From Pseudomonadota bacterium (lineage in GTDB: Bacteria > Bdellovibrionota_G > JALEGL01 > DATDPG01), in contig JAZDDX010000027.1 in NCBI GenBank assembly GCA_043809315.1, positions 6,943 through 70,942 on the forward strand: a DNA stretch of 64,000 bases, written 5' to 3'. This document shows, one piece after another, positions 18,640 through 28,742 of the stretch. Below the pieces are notes generated by a model. The model had not been told where the DNA came from and searched no databases. It saw only the letters and a list, made by a program, of their open reading frames with translations. The translations under genes and the position numbers were made by a program. How positions within the stretch are numbered: position 1 is the stretch's first letter; each line of letters starts with the position of its first letter.

Positions 18640-19866
18640 ATGTCGGGTCTAGTGGTCCAGAAATTCGGCGGAACCTCCGTGGGGAACCTCGAGCGAGTTG
18701 CCGTGGTCGCCGAGCGGATCATTACCCGAAAAAAGGAAGGGAAAGACGTGGTTGCCGTCGTTTCCGCGATGGCGGGGGAGACCGATCGTTTGCTCACGTT
18801 AGCGCGGCAGTTTCAATCGGCCGGATCGTCCCGGGAAGTGGATGCTCTGATCGCGACGGGGGAACAGGTGTCGGCTTCCCTCCTTTCCCTCGCTCTTTCG
18901 GCGAAAGGGGTCACCGCGGTTTCTTTGCAGGGGCATCAGGTCCCGATCTTCACCGATCAGGCATTCGGAGGGGCACAGATCCTCTCGGTCGCGCCGCAAA
19001 AGATTCGCCAGCTTCTCTCCGAGGGGAAGGTGGTGGTGGTGACCGGGTTTCAGGGGGTCACCGAAGAAGGGGAGATCACGACGCTCGGTCGGGGCGGATC
19101 GGACCTGACGGCGGTCGCTCTGGCGGCGGCACTCGATGCGGATCAGTGTGAGATCTACACCGACGTCCCCGGGGTATTCACCGCCGACCCTCAGATTTGT
19201 GGCGACGCCCGGCTGATCCCGCGGATCTCTCACGACGAGATGATGGAGCTGGCAAGCCTCGGCACGAAAGTTTTGCAGGCCCGGTCGGTTCAGATGGCAA
19301 AGCGGTACGAGATCCCGGTCTGGATCGGCTCGAGTTTCACCGACGACGGGGGGACCTGGGTCACCAAGGAGGAGAAAAAGATGGAAGGAACGATTGTCGC
19401 GGGAATCACTTGTGACCGGACCGACGCGCAGATTTCGGTCCGCCATCTCCCCGACTCCCTGGGGGGGATGTCCGGACTGCTTACGGCGTTGGCCGATGCC
19501 AAGATCGTCGTCGACGTGATCGTTGCGGACCGGAGCGTCGACGGAAAGACGAACCTGACGTTCACCGTGCCTCGTCCGTCGTTTGCGATCGCCTCCGCGG
19601 TCGTCAAGAAAGCGACGGAAAAGGTTCCCGACATCCAGATCATCTGCAGGGAAAAGGTGGCGAAGGTGTCGGCCGTGGGGTTGGGGATGCGGACCCATTC
19701 CGGTGTCGCGGCGAAGATCTTCCAATGCCTGGCGGAAGAGAAGATCGAGGTGATGGCGGTTTCGACCTCCGACATCAAGATCAGCTGCGTGATCGACGAA
19801 AAGTACGGGGAGTTGGCGGTGCGGGCGTTGCACGATCGGTTCGGTCTGGGGAACGAACCGCACTAA
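18640..19866 (+). CDS. lysC: Aspartate kinase (with C-terminal ACT domains).
   Basis: KFGGTSV N-terminus, amino-acid kinase fold, and two C-terminal ACT domains. Confidence 0.9.
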   Translation: MSGLVVQKFGGTSVGNLERVAVVAERIITRKKEGKDVVAVVSAMAGETDRLLTLARQFQSAGSSREVDALIATGEQVSASLLSLALSAKGVTAVSLQGHQVPIFTDQAFGGAQILSVAPQKIRQLLSEGKVVVVTGFQGVTEEGEITTLGRGGSDLTAVALAAALDADQCEIYTDVPGVFTADPQICGDARLIPRISHDEMMELASLGTKVLQARSVQMAKRYEIPVWIGSSFTDDGGTWVTKEEKKMEGTIVAGITCDRTDAQISVRHLPDSLGGMSGLLTALADAKIVVDVIVADRSVDGKTNLTFTVPRPSFAIASAVVKKATEKVPDIQIICREKVAKVSAVGLGMRTHSGVAAKIFQCLAEEKIEVMAVSTSDIKISCVIDEKYGELAVRALHDRFGLGNEPH

Positions 19867-19998
19867 CAAAGTCGCCGGTGGTAACCCCAAAAGGCCACGC
19901 ACCGGCGAACAGGAGAAAAAATGGCAGAACCACTTTTTCGATTTCGTTCGTAACATTCACCCGAACGAGCGTCAAGACGCTTTGCGCGACGTAAGTAA

Positions 19999-20364
19999 TT
20001 GAAAACATTGAATTCAAAGCATTTTCTCTTACTTTTGGCTTTTTCGTCGATCTTTGTTGCCTATCATTTTACTAGGTCGGCTCCGGCTCCGGTCAATTCA
20101 AATCAACCCTTTGAAAATACTGAAGTATCTCCCGAACGGCGACTGCTTCGGAACGAGAAGATCGACCTCAACCGGGCGACCGAACGAGAGCTGCTCGCCC
20201 TGCCGGGGGTCGGTCCGAAGTTGGCGGGTGAAATCATCAAGAATCGGACGAAGAAGGGGCCATTTCCAACCGTCGAATCGTTGACCCGAGTCCGCGGGAT
20301 CGGTCCGAAGAAGCTTCAAAAGATCCGCTCCCTGGTCATTGTGGGACAAAAAGGCTCGCGATAG
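19999..20364 (+). CDS. comEA: ComEA-like helix-hairpin-helix DNA-binding protein.
   Basis: N-terminal hydrophobic anchor and C-terminal tandem HhH motifs (LLALPGVGPKLAGEII...RVRGIGPKKLQKI). Confidence 0.65.
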   Translation: MKTLNSKHFLLLLAFSSIFVAYHFTRSAPAPVNSNQPFENTEVSPERRLLRNEKIDLNRATERELLALPGVGPKLAGEIIKNRTKKGPFPTVESLTRVRGIGPKKLQKIRSLVIVGQKGSR

Positions 20365-20376
20365 GATTCCGCCGCT

Positions 20377-21483
20377 TTGAAAGCTGGGGGGACTCAGAGG
20401 GTCGTGGTCGCGATGAGCGGAGGGGTCGACAGCTCCGTCGCCGCCCTGTTACTCAAGAACGCTGGCTTCGATGTGGTCGGGATCTCGATGCGTCTCTGGT
20501 CATACGATCCGGAAGCGACGCACGGCTGTTGCACCCCGGACGACTTATATGACGCCCGGCGGGTCGCGGATCGGTTGGGGATTCCTCACTATGTCTCCGA
20601 TTTCGAAGCGACGTTCGAAGAGAAGGTCGTTCACCCATTCCTCGAAAGCTATCGGCGCGGTGAGACCCCCAACCCGTGCGTACGATGTAACACCGACATT
20701 AAGTTCACCACGCTCTTACAGCGGGCCGAAGAACTTGGGGCCACTCACCTCGCTACAGGCCACTATGCGCGCGTCGAGAAGCGTGAAGGCTCCTTCCATC
20801 TGTTGCGGTCGCTGAATCGGAAGAAAGACCAGTCGTATTTTCTCTTCGGGTTAGGACAGAATGAGCTTTCGAAGACGCTCTTCCCGTTAGGGGAAATGGA
20901 CAAGGAGGATGTTCGGAAGATTGCGCAGGAAGCCAAGCTCCCGGTGGCCGTGAAGCCGGATAGCCAGGAGATCTGTTTTGTTCCGGGGGATTACGCGGAG
21001 TTCGTGGAGAAGCATTCGGCGGCGACGGATCTGAAGTGTGGAAGGATCCTGAATGAAGATGGGGAGAAGCTGGGTCTGCACCGAGGGATTCATCGGTACA
21101 CGGTCGGGCAGCGGAAGAAGCTTCCGGTCGCGAAGCTCGAGGCGGCTTACGTGCTCGAGGTTCGGCCGGATGGGGATATCGTGATCGGGCCGGATGCGGC
21201 GCTGTTCAAGAGGGAGTTTTCTGTACGTGAGTGTCGGTGGATCGTCGAACCTCCCAAGGAAGGGGAGGAGGTTTTCGCGCAGATCCGAAGCCGGTTCGAG
21301 GCGGCGCCGGCCACGATCGTCGCGAGTGGAAAAGGAACCGCGAAGGTGGCTTTCCGCGAACCCCAGCGCGCGATCACGCCGGGCCAAGCTGCCGTTATTT
21401 ATCGCGGCGACGAGGTGATCGGGGGAGGGTGGATTGGCGGTACAACCCCTTCTCGAAGATATACGCCGCCACCGCGGGCGTGA
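20377..21483 (+). CDS. mnmA: tRNA-specific 2-thiouridylase MnmA.
   Basis: PP-loop SGGVDSSV, catalytic Cys context, and C-terminal MnmA domains. Confidence 0.9.
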   Translation: MKAGGTQRVVVAMSGGVDSSVAALLLKNAGFDVVGISMRLWSYDPEATHGCCTPDDLYDARRVADRLGIPHYVSDFEATFEEKVVHPFLESYRRGETPNPCVRCNTDIKFTTLLQRAEELGATHLATGHYARVEKREGSFHLLRSLNRKKDQSYFLFGLGQNELSKTLFPLGEMDKEDVRKIAQEAKLPVAVKPDSQEICFVPGDYAEFVEKHSAATDLKCGRILNEDGEKLGLHRGIHRYTVGQRKKLPVAKLEAAYVLEVRPDGDIVIGPDAALFKREFSVRECRWIVEPPKEGEEVFAQIRSRFEAAPATIVASGKGTAKVAFREPQRAITPGQAAVIYRGDEVIGGGWIGGTTPSRRYTPPPRA

Positions 21484-21976
21484 CGAGTTCGCCGAGCCAC
21501 TTGTTCCCCTTCAGCCGCTTCCGGATCTCGGTGCTCGAGATATCGGGAATTCCGAGTTCCCCGCCTTTTCCGCACCCTCTCGGCACCACCAGAACGCCGA
21601 ACCGGTTCTCGATCTCCTTGAACCGGTACCACTGCTTCGTCTCTTTTTTCAGATCCGACCCGATGATGAGAGAGAAATGATGGTGCGGGTGTTTCTTCCG
21701 CATCGCCAGAAGCGTTTCGAGCGTCTTTCCGTTGCTCTTTCGATTCTTCTCGATCGGGGAAACCTTCAGATATTTTTCAAACCCCTCCACCAGCAGCTCG
21801 CACATCCGGATCCGGTCGTCGTACGGGGCGAGGTCCTTCTCGAACCGGTGCTTGAAAACCGGCGCCAGCCAGATCTCGTCCAGCTCGAACGTCTTGATCG
21901 CGTAGATCGACGCGAGGAGATGACCCAGATGGGGCGGGTTGAAACTACCCCCGAAGAATCCGATCCACTTTTCCAT
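21395..21976 (-). CDS. nadD: Nicotinate-nucleotide adenylyltransferase.
   Basis: GGSFNPPHLGHL (HxGH) motif and ISSTEIR motif. The start is the internal ATG (MEKWIGFFGG) of the 21395..22120 ORF. The 3' end overlaps mnmA convergently. Confidence 0.8.
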   Translation of the reverse strand: MEKWIGFFGGSFNPPHLGHLLASIYAIKTFELDEIWLAPVFKHRFEKDLAPYDDRIRMCELLVEGFEKYLKVSPIEKNRKSNGKTLETLLAMRKKHPHHHFSLIIGSDLKKETKQWYRFKEIENRFGVLVVPRGCGKGGELGIPDISSTEIRKRLKGNKWLGELVTPAVAAYIFEKGLYRQSTLPRSPRRRDK

Positions 21977-22437
21977 CAAAACGCGAGCCCGACGCCGATG
22001 TATGGCTCGAAGAACGACTCCCCGTGGCGGACGGCCGCGTAGGTAACCCCACCGCTGATCTGGACGAACAGCAGCTTCTCGAGGGCCAGCCCCCCTCCAA
22101 TGAGAATCATCGAGTGCCAAGAACTGGCTCCCGCGGCCGATGTGTGAAGCGCACCGACCCCTCCCGAAACGAACGGCGTTACGACCGGAAGGAGCGGAAG
22201 GCTTACGATCCCTTCCCCCTGGACCATATCTCCGTCCGGGGCGGCACCCGTTCCGAGAAGACGGGAGTAGGAGATCTCCGTCGAGAGGAAATCGGTCCAG
22301 CGGTATCCGCCGGTCAGGCCGAGCGCATACGAAGAATCACCATGAAGTGGGATCGCCATCCCTGCGCGCGGCCGAACGTAGAACTCCGCCTGTGCCAGGG
22401 TGGGAACGAGCAACAGCAATAAGAGGATCTTTTTCAT
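21976..22437 (-). CDS. Small outer-membrane beta-barrel protein (OmpW/OmpA-TM-like).
   Basis: Signal peptide MKKILLLLLLVPTLAQA, alternating beta-strand pattern, and a C-terminal aromatic residue (GVGLAF). Confidence 0.6.
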   Translation of the reverse strand: MKKILLLLLLVPTLAQAEFYVRPRAGMAIPLHGDSSYALGLTGGYRWTDFLSTEISYSRLLGTGAAPDGDMVQGEGIVSLPLLPVVTPFVSGGVGALHTSAAGASSWHSMILIGGGLALEKLLFVQISGGVTYAAVRHGESFFEPYIGVGLAF

Positions 22438-22575
22438 AGCGGAACGATTCTACTCAAGGGGAACCTCCGCCGCATCTATTTGATACGACCGCTTGACTCT
22501 CGTCCCATCCCCTCTATAACCGACGCCGTGCCGCAAACCGCGACAGAGAGCCGGTCCCGGCCGAAAACGGTCCGA

Positions 22576-23838
22576 ATGTACACGTTCGGCTGCAAGGTGA
22601 ACCAGTTCGACACCTCCGCGATGGAGACGCTTCTCCGCGGAACCGGGAGATTCGAGATCCGGGAAGATTCCGAATCTCCTGACGTCGTCGTCGTCAACAC
22701 CTGCACCGTGACCGCCGAGGCCGACCGGCAGGCCCGTCAGTTGATTCGGCGAATCCATCGCACGCATCCGGAAGCAAAGATCGTCGTGACAGGGTGCTAC
22801 GCCGAATCGGAACCAGATCTGTTTCGCGATATGGAAGGGGTCGACGCGGTTCTTTCGATAGCCGAGCAACGTCGTTTACCGGTCCTTTTGGGAGAGGAGG
22901 CACCGGCCGATGGAACGCTTCTCGTGGTCGATTCAAGCCGAACGCGGGCGACCTTGAAGATGCAGGATGGGTGCAACGCCTACTGCTCGTTCTGCATCCT
23001 GCCGTACCTGCGCGGGCGGAGCCGTTCCGTTTCCCTAGAAGAACTCCGCTCCGCCGCCAAAGGACTCTCCGAACGAGGATTCCGGGAGATCGTCGTAACC
23101 GGGGTTCATCTCGCCGCCTATGGCCGGGACTTGAAGCCCCAAATTCGACTTTCGGACGCATTGAAGGCGATCTCTGTCGCCGCCCCCGGCCTCGCGATCC
23201 GCGTCAGCTCTCTCGAACCGGCCGGGATCACCCCCGATTTCCTGAACGCGATCGAGTCACTTCCGATCCAACCTCATTTTCACATTCCGCTTCAGAGCGG
23301 GAGCGACGCGGTTCTGCGTCGGATGAACCGGAAACATACCTCGAAGGCGTATGGGGAGCGGGTGCGAAGTATTGCGAAGGTCCGGCCGGAAGCCGCGATC
23401 GGGGCGGACGTGATCGTCGGGTTCCCCGGCGAGAGCCGGGCCGATTTCGAGGAGACCGTCCGCTTCATCCGGGCTCTTCCGATCTCCTACCTTCATGTTT
23501 TTTCGTTCTCAGCGCGGCCGGGGACGAAGGCGGCGGAATTTGAGAATGATGTACCAGGGACCGAGCGCGCGGAGCGAGTGAAGATTCTACGAGGGCTTGG
23601 ATTCGAACGACGGAGGGAGTTCTACGGACGATTTTTTGGGACGGTCCAGAAGGTGCTCATCGAACGGAAACGGGATCGTGACGGGTTGCTCACGGGGTAC
23701 ACCCCGCATTACGTGGCGATTCACCTGCCCGGTGGAGATTCTTTGATGGGAACGGAAGTCCCTGTCAGACTGGGGAAGATCGCAGGGCTCACCTCCGAGA
23801 CCCTGCATTTTGTTGGGGAAATCGCAGATGCCGGCTGA
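22576..23838 (+). CDS. mtaB: tRNA (t6A37) methylthiotransferase MtaB (MiaB-like radical SAM).
   Basis: N-terminal MTTase domain (TFGCKVNQFDT...VVNTCTVT), radical SAM CxxxCxxC (CNAYCSFC), and a C-terminal TRAM domain. Start placed at the MYTFGC ATG. Confidence 0.8.
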   Translation: MYTFGCKVNQFDTSAMETLLRGTGRFEIREDSESPDVVVVNTCTVTAEADRQARQLIRRIHRTHPEAKIVVTGCYAESEPDLFRDMEGVDAVLSIAEQRRLPVLLGEEAPADGTLLVVDSSRTRATLKMQDGCNAYCSFCILPYLRGRSRSVSLEELRSAAKGLSERGFREIVVTGVHLAAYGRDLKPQIRLSDALKAISVAAPGLAIRVSSLEPAGITPDFLNAIESLPIQPHFHIPLQSGSDAVLRRMNRKHTSKAYGERVRSIAKVRPEAAIGADVIVGFPGESRADFEETVRFIRALPISYLHVFSFSARPGTKAAEFENDVPGTERAERVKILRGLGFERRREFYGRFFGTVQKVLIERKRDRDGLLTGYTPHYVAIHLPGGDSLMGTEVPVRLGKIAGLTSETLHFVGEIADAG

Positions 23839-24553
23839 AATCGATGTGTTGGTGGACGAGATCGAGGAGATCCTGGGGCATCCTCTTGCGAATCGGGTTT
23901 ACCTCGAGACCGCGCTCACGCACCGTTCATACGTGAACGAGCTCGGGGCCGAAAGCATGGAGGACAACGAACGTCTCGAGTTTCTCGGGGATTCGGTCCT
24001 CGACCTCGTCGTGAGCGATCTCCTGATGCAGCGGAATCCACAGGAGCCGGAAGGGGGGCTTTCGAAATTCCGATCGGCCGTCGTGAACGAGCGGAGCCTC
24101 GCCACGGCCGCCCGTGCCATGGACCTCGGAGACTATCTGAAGCTGGGTCGGGGGGAGGAGCTGACGGCGGGCCGGGGAAAAGATTCGATCCTGGCGAACG
24201 CCTTCGAGGCGGTCATCGCGGCGCTGTATCTCTCGGGCGGGTTGTCGGATGCCGCGGCGTTCGTCCGCCATCACCTGAACGAGGTGATCGACGGGGTGAA
24301 GAGCGGCGGCGAGCGGCAGGACTACAAGACGACATTGCAGGAATACACGCAGAAGCTCCTCAAAACGATCCCGACCTACGTCCTCACGTACGAGGGGGGG
24401 CCGGACCACGACAAGATCTTCGAGTCGGAGGTCTGGATCGACGACAAGGTCTACGGTCGGGGGCGCGCGAAGAGCAAGAAAGATTCCGAACAGCTGGGCG
24501 CGATGGAAGCGCTCCAGAAGCTTCAAGAGGAGGAGACGGGCGGGGAGTCGTGA
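23828..24553 (+). CDS. rnc: Ribonuclease III.
   Basis: RNase III signature ERLEFLGDSVLDLVVSD and a C-terminal dsRBD. Confidence 0.9.
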   Translation: MPAEIDVLVDEIEEILGHPLANRVYLETALTHRSYVNELGAESMEDNERLEFLGDSVLDLVVSDLLMQRNPQEPEGGLSKFRSAVVNERSLATAARAMDLGDYLKLGRGEELTAGRGKDSILANAFEAVIAALYLSGGLSDAAAFVRHHLNEVIDGVKSGGERQDYKTTLQEYTQKLLKTIPTYVLTYEGGPDHDKIFESEVWIDDKVYGRGRAKSKKDSEQLGAMEALQKLQEEETGGES

Positions 24554-25875
24554 GGCCGGTGGTCAGCATCATCGGTCGTCCCAACGTCGGGAAGTCGACC
24601 CTGTTCAACCGCCTGGTCGGCCGGCGGCGTGCGATCGTCCACGGCACGCCGGGAGTGACCCGCGACCGGATCTTCTCTCTGGCCGACCTGATCGGCGGGG
24701 TTGTCTGGCTGGTCGATACCGGGGGACTCGAACCGGGAAAAGAGGAGGGGATCCCCGGGGTCATCCACCGCCAGGTCGAGGCGGCCGCCAAGGAGGCAAA
24801 CCTTCTTCTCGCCGTCTTCGACGGATGCGACGGTCTCACGTCGGTCGACGAGGAAGTGATTTCGAAGCTCCGGCGAACGGGAAAACCGATCGTCGGCGTC
24901 GTGAACAAGGTCGATCCCGGCTCGAAGAAGGCCTCGATCGACGATTTCCACCGTCTGGGTCTCGAGTCGTTGGTCGAGATCTCCGCGGAGCACGGGTCGG
25001 GGCTCGATTCCCTTCGCGAGACGATTCTGGCCCGGTTGGGACCGTTTTCGGACACCGAGGAGAAGGAAAAAACACCCGGTCAAAGCGAGGTCGCCTTTGT
25101 CGGTCGTCCCAACGTCGGAAAATCCTCTCTGATCAACGCGATTCTCCGGACCCCACGGATGGCCGTATCCGAGATCCCTGGGACCACGCGGGACGTGATC
25201 GACACGCCGGTCGTCGAGAACGGCGTTCCGTATCTCCTTCTCGACACGGCGGGGATCCGCAAGCGGATGAAGGTCGACACCGATGTCGAGTACTACTCGG
25301 TTCTCCGCGCGTTGCGCGCGATCGATCGGGCCGACGTTGTTGTCCTGGTCGTCGACGCTACGGGAGGAATCACCACGCAGGATGCCCGGATTGCCGCGGC
25401 TGCGATTGAGAAGGGGACCGGTCTCTTGGTCGCCGTCAACAAGTGGGATCTGGTGGACGAGGGGCCGAAAAAAAGAAACACGTTCCGGGAAGATCTGTAC
25501 GCGGAGGCCCCGTTTCTCAGCTTTGCCGACGTGAAGTTCGTCTCCGCGAAGACCGGGCTCGGGGTGGATGGAATCCTCTCGGCCACACACCGGATCTTCC
25601 GGAATCTGAACCGGAAGTTCACTCAGGCGGAGCTGACCGAAGCGTTCGATGCGATCGGAGAGGCTCATCCGCCGATGGGAAAGCAGGGGTATCGGCTCCG
25701 GATGCACAAGCTCACGGAGGGGGAAGATCGGGTTCTGACGTTCTTCGTCTGGTGCAACGATCCGCGCCTGGTCGACGAGGCGTACGTGCGATACTGGCGG
25801 AACGCGATCGGGGAGAGATTCGAACTCTGGGGCGTGCCTCTCCGGGTTATCTTCCGGAAGAAGGCGAAGAAGTAG
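24550..25875 (+). CDS. der: Ribosome-associated GTPase Der/EngA (tandem GTPase domains plus KH-like domain).
   Basis: Two G-domains with GRPNVGKS P-loops, and ATGA overlap with rnc. Confidence 0.9.
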   Translation: MRPVVSIIGRPNVGKSTLFNRLVGRRRAIVHGTPGVTRDRIFSLADLIGGVVWLVDTGGLEPGKEEGIPGVIHRQVEAAAKEANLLLAVFDGCDGLTSVDEEVISKLRRTGKPIVGVVNKVDPGSKKASIDDFHRLGLESLVEISAEHGSGLDSLRETILARLGPFSDTEEKEKTPGQSEVAFVGRPNVGKSSLINAILRTPRMAVSEIPGTTRDVIDTPVVENGVPYLLLDTAGIRKRMKVDTDVEYYSVLRALRAIDRADVVVLVVDATGGITTQDARIAAAAIEKGTGLLVAVNKWDLVDEGPKKRNTFREDLYAEAPFLSFADVKFVSAKTGLGVDGILSATHRIFRNLNRKFTQAELTEAFDAIGEAHPPMGKQGYRLRMHKLTEGEDRVLTFFVWCNDPRLVDEAYVRYWRNAIGERFELWGVPLRVIFRKKAKK

Positions 25876-26815
25876 AGACGGCGAAAAACCAGGTTTCCTG
25901 GCCTCCGGCTTCCCGGACGATCCCGACCAGGAGAGGCGCGGCATCGTCCGTTAGACGATAGACCCGGGCCGTTCCCCCTTCATCGGTCGTTCCGGTGCTC
26001 GGTTGATCCCCGTCGCTGACCGGGAGTCCGAATGTCACCCAGTTCTTGGTACCTCCGGCCTTCTTGATCCGCAGTTCACTCCGGCCGAATGAAACAGAGG
26101 CGGGCGCGGGGCTTTGGAACCGGGCGAACTTCGGTTCGAAAAGATACGCCTTCCAGGAGATCTTCGTGTCCATGACTTCCCGCCACGAAGGAGGGGTCAC
26201 GCTCTTCATCCGCTCCTCGATCTTGGTGTCGTAGGTCAAGAGATAGTACCGCTCGCGGATACAACGATCGGCCGTGCAGTACCCGGCCACCTGCGCGCCG
26301 AAAACCGGTCCCAGGCCGAAGCCGAGCTTCGACGTTCCGTCGTTCGATGCGAGCCAGGTATAGGGGCTCGTCGCCGTCGGCTCGGTCTTGTTCCCGGAGG
26401 AGAAGAGGGCGGAGGGGTGCGGCGGGAGTACACTCTTCGTCCCGTCGCTCACGGCCGCGAACCGGTAGGTCCCGTTTTCGAACACGAGATACGCCGTACC
26501 CGGATCGTGTTTCGGAAATACGACCGGGCGCTGGTTGACGGTCCCTTCCTTCAGGAACGGATAACGAGCATATGTGGCATCCTTGGGTCCGATCAGAGAG
26601 CGAACTGCGGGTGTGACGGATTTCCCCTGACGAGTCGCCAGGGGTTGCGACTGCTCGTTGCTCGATTGGGTCACTACCCTAACCGTCTTCCCGGTTTGCG
26701 AATTTCGATCGGCCATCGCCTGGGCGCGTGCTGTCTCGTTGACGAACGGAGTGTGGGCACCGCATCCGGCAAGAACGAGAAGCAAAAGTCCCACAAAACC
26801 GGGATGAACTGGCAT
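25847..26815 (-). CDS. Hypothetical lipoprotein.
   Basis: Signal peptide with lipobox (LLLVLAGCGA). Start taken at the MPVHPG ATG (~26815). Confidence 0.5.
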   Translation of the reverse strand: MPVHPGFVGLLLLVLAGCGAHTPFVNETARAQAMADRNSQTGKTVRVVTQSSNEQSQPLATRQGKSVTPAVRSLIGPKDATYARYPFLKEGTVNQRPVVFPKHDPGTAYLVFENGTYRFAAVSDGTKSVLPPHPSALFSSGNKTEPTATSPYTWLASNDGTSKLGFGLGPVFGAQVAGYCTADRCIRERYYLLTYDTKIEERMKSVTPPSWREVMDTKISWKAYLFEPKFARFQSPAPASVSFGRSELRIKKAGGTKNWVTFGLPVSDGDQPSTGTTDEGGTARVYRLTDDAAPLLVGIVREAGGQETWFFAVSTSSPSSGR

Positions 26816-27251
26816 AAATGAGACATTCACATCCCTATTTGGGAGGCGAGAGTTCACAGCGCCGGCATTATAAATCGAGGGTCTATAATGACGCAAGCGG
26901 TTATTTATGACATCTAATATATTAATATGTTTATATTTATAATCAATATTTGCGAGCTGGAGTTGTGCCGAGCGATCGATCACGTCCTGGAACGTACCGT
27001 GACAGAAATGCCGCTAAAATCAAGGCATGCGGGAAAAATAGAAAGAGGAGGCCTGAAACAGACCTCCTCTTCTATGAGAACTTCCGGTTTTGCTAGGCCA
27101 AATCCCGCGTCCGAATCCGCTCTGCATCCGCAACTACCAACTTCTACTCAACGACAACGGAAGCTCAAAAACCGCAAGCTGTGCGCGCTTATACAACGGA
27201 AAAAAAGCCTGTCAAGTGGCTATTTTTTCTTTAGGCTCCAGAGTAACCCGT

Positions 27252-28742
27252 ATGAAGACCTCTCTGAGCGAAATCCGTGTTGAGTTGGCCGTTTCTGTCG
27301 TGGAGCGCCATGTGGATCAGGTCCTCGTCGTTCCCGTGTTCCGGGACGGGCCGTTCCTCTCCCCTTTGAAGGAGATCGATCGCGAGGCGAACGGCGAGAT
27401 CCGGCATCGCCTCGATCGCGATCGTTTCGAGGTGGAGGCGGAGAAAACCCATTGGATCGAGATCCCGCAGGTGAAATGCGGGCGGATTCTTCTGACCTCT
27501 CTGGGATCGAGGAATGAATTCTCGCGGTCGGCACTTCGAGCGGCCTACGGGGCAGCGGCTCGCGCCGTTCAAGAACGGCAAGCCGAGAACGTGAGCCTGG
27601 CCTGGATCAACGATTCCAAAATTGCACGCGACTTCGATGCCGCCTTGGAGGGGTTCCTCCTGGGGGCCTACCGCTTCGATCGGTACCGCTCCGAAGCCGC
27701 GGCAAAGAGACGGATCCGAAAGGTGACCGTGATCGGTCCCGACCGTCGTGCGTTGGACAAACTCAAGAAAGAGCTTCCGAGAATCCTCGCGGTCGGACAT
27801 GCGTCGTTCCTGGCGCGCGACCTCGTGAACGAGCCGGCGAACGTCGTGAACCCGGCCCTGGTGCAGGAGATGGCGGGGGCCATCGCAAAAGAGCAGAAAC
27901 TCCGGTTAGAGGTCCTCGACGAAAAGAAGCTCAAGGGGTTGGGACTCAACCTCATCCTCGCCGTTGGCATGGGGAGCTACGAACGTCCACGTCTGGTTCA
28001 CTTGGAGTACAAGCCGAAGGGAAAGGCCAGAGAGACGGTCGCGCTGATCGGCAAAGGAGTGACGTTCGACAGCGGAGGCTTGTCACTCAAGCCCCAGAGC
28101 AACATGTACGGGATGAAGTGCGACATGTCGGGGGCCGCGGCGGTGCTGGCGGCCGCGTGGGGTGCGGCACAACTCAAGCTTCCGGTTCACCTGCACGTCC
28201 TGATGCCGCTGGTCGAGAACATGCCGAGCGGGCGCAGCGTTCGGCCCGGCGACATTTTCAAGGCGGGGAACGGAAAAACGGTCGAGATCGAGAACACCGA
28301 CGCGGAAGGGAGACTGATCCTGGCCGACACGCTCGCGTACGCGCAGCGTCTGGGGGTCGATTTCGCGGTCGATGTTGCGACGTTGACCGGTGCGTGCATG
28401 GTGGCGCTCGGCGATGATGTCGCGGGGCTGTTCGGGAACGATCGGAAGCTGATCGACCGGATCGAAGCGGCCGCAAAGCGAGCTGGGGAGAAGGTTTGGG
28501 AGCTTCCTCTCGAGAAGGCGTATCACCGGTTGCTCAAGAGCGACGTCGCCGACTTGAAGAACGTCGGCGGGAAATACGGCGGGGCGATCACGGCGGCGCT
28601 CTTTCTCGAGGAGTTCGTCGGGAAGATGCCGTGGGCGCATCTCGACATCGCCGGTCCCGCGTTCGTGGATCGGGACGGGGCGGTCGGCCCCAAAGGTGGG
28701 ACCGGCTTCGCGGTGAGGACGTTCCTCGAGCTGCTGTCTTAG
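27252..28742 (+). CDS. pepA: Leucyl aminopeptidase (M17 family).
   Basis: M17 signature NTDAEGRLILADTLAYA and metal ligands. Start at the MKTSLSEI ATG (the ORF track extends upstream to 27090). Confidence 0.9.
   Translation: MKTSLSEIRVELAVSVVERHVDQVLVVPVFRDGPFLSPLKEIDREANGEIRHRLDRDRFEVEAEKTHWIEIPQVKCGRILLTSLGSRNEFSRSALRAAYGAAARAVQERQAENVSLAWINDSKIARDFDAALEGFLLGAYRFDRYRSEAAAKRRIRKVTVIGPDRRALDKLKKELPRILAVGHASFLARDLVNEPANVVNPALVQEMAGAIAKEQKLRLEVLDEKKLKGLGLNLILAVGMGSYERPRLVHLEYKPKGKARETVALIGKGVTFDSGGLSLKPQSNMYGMKCDMSGAAAVLAAAWGAAQLKLPVHLHVLMPLVENMPSGRSVRPGDIFKAGNGKTVEIENTDAEGRLILADTLAYAQRLGVDFAVDVATLTGACMVALGDDVAGLFGNDRKLIDRIEAAAKRAGEKVWELPLEKAYHRLLKSDVADLKNVGGKYGGAITAALFLEEFVGKMPWAHLDIAGPAFVDRDGAVGPKGGTGFAVRTFLELLS

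Noticed and set aside
22480-22575. 5' extension of mtaB, and the 16749 start of the HEAT-protein ORF.
   Set aside because: The extensions are low-complexity and overlap upstream genes or shadows. The internal ATGs give canonical N-termini (MYTFGCKVNQ; ATGA overlap with tsaE).
24523-25944. 473-aa minus-strand ORF opposite der, plus similar long antisense ORFs opposite lysC (18799..19956), uvrC (37596..38768), the HEAT protein (16968..18380), folE/queD (60679..62298), gcv genes (54472..55659, 55994..57376) and truA (47166..48053).
   Set aside because: All overlap strongly supported genes on the other strand and have low-complexity R/P/G-rich translations.
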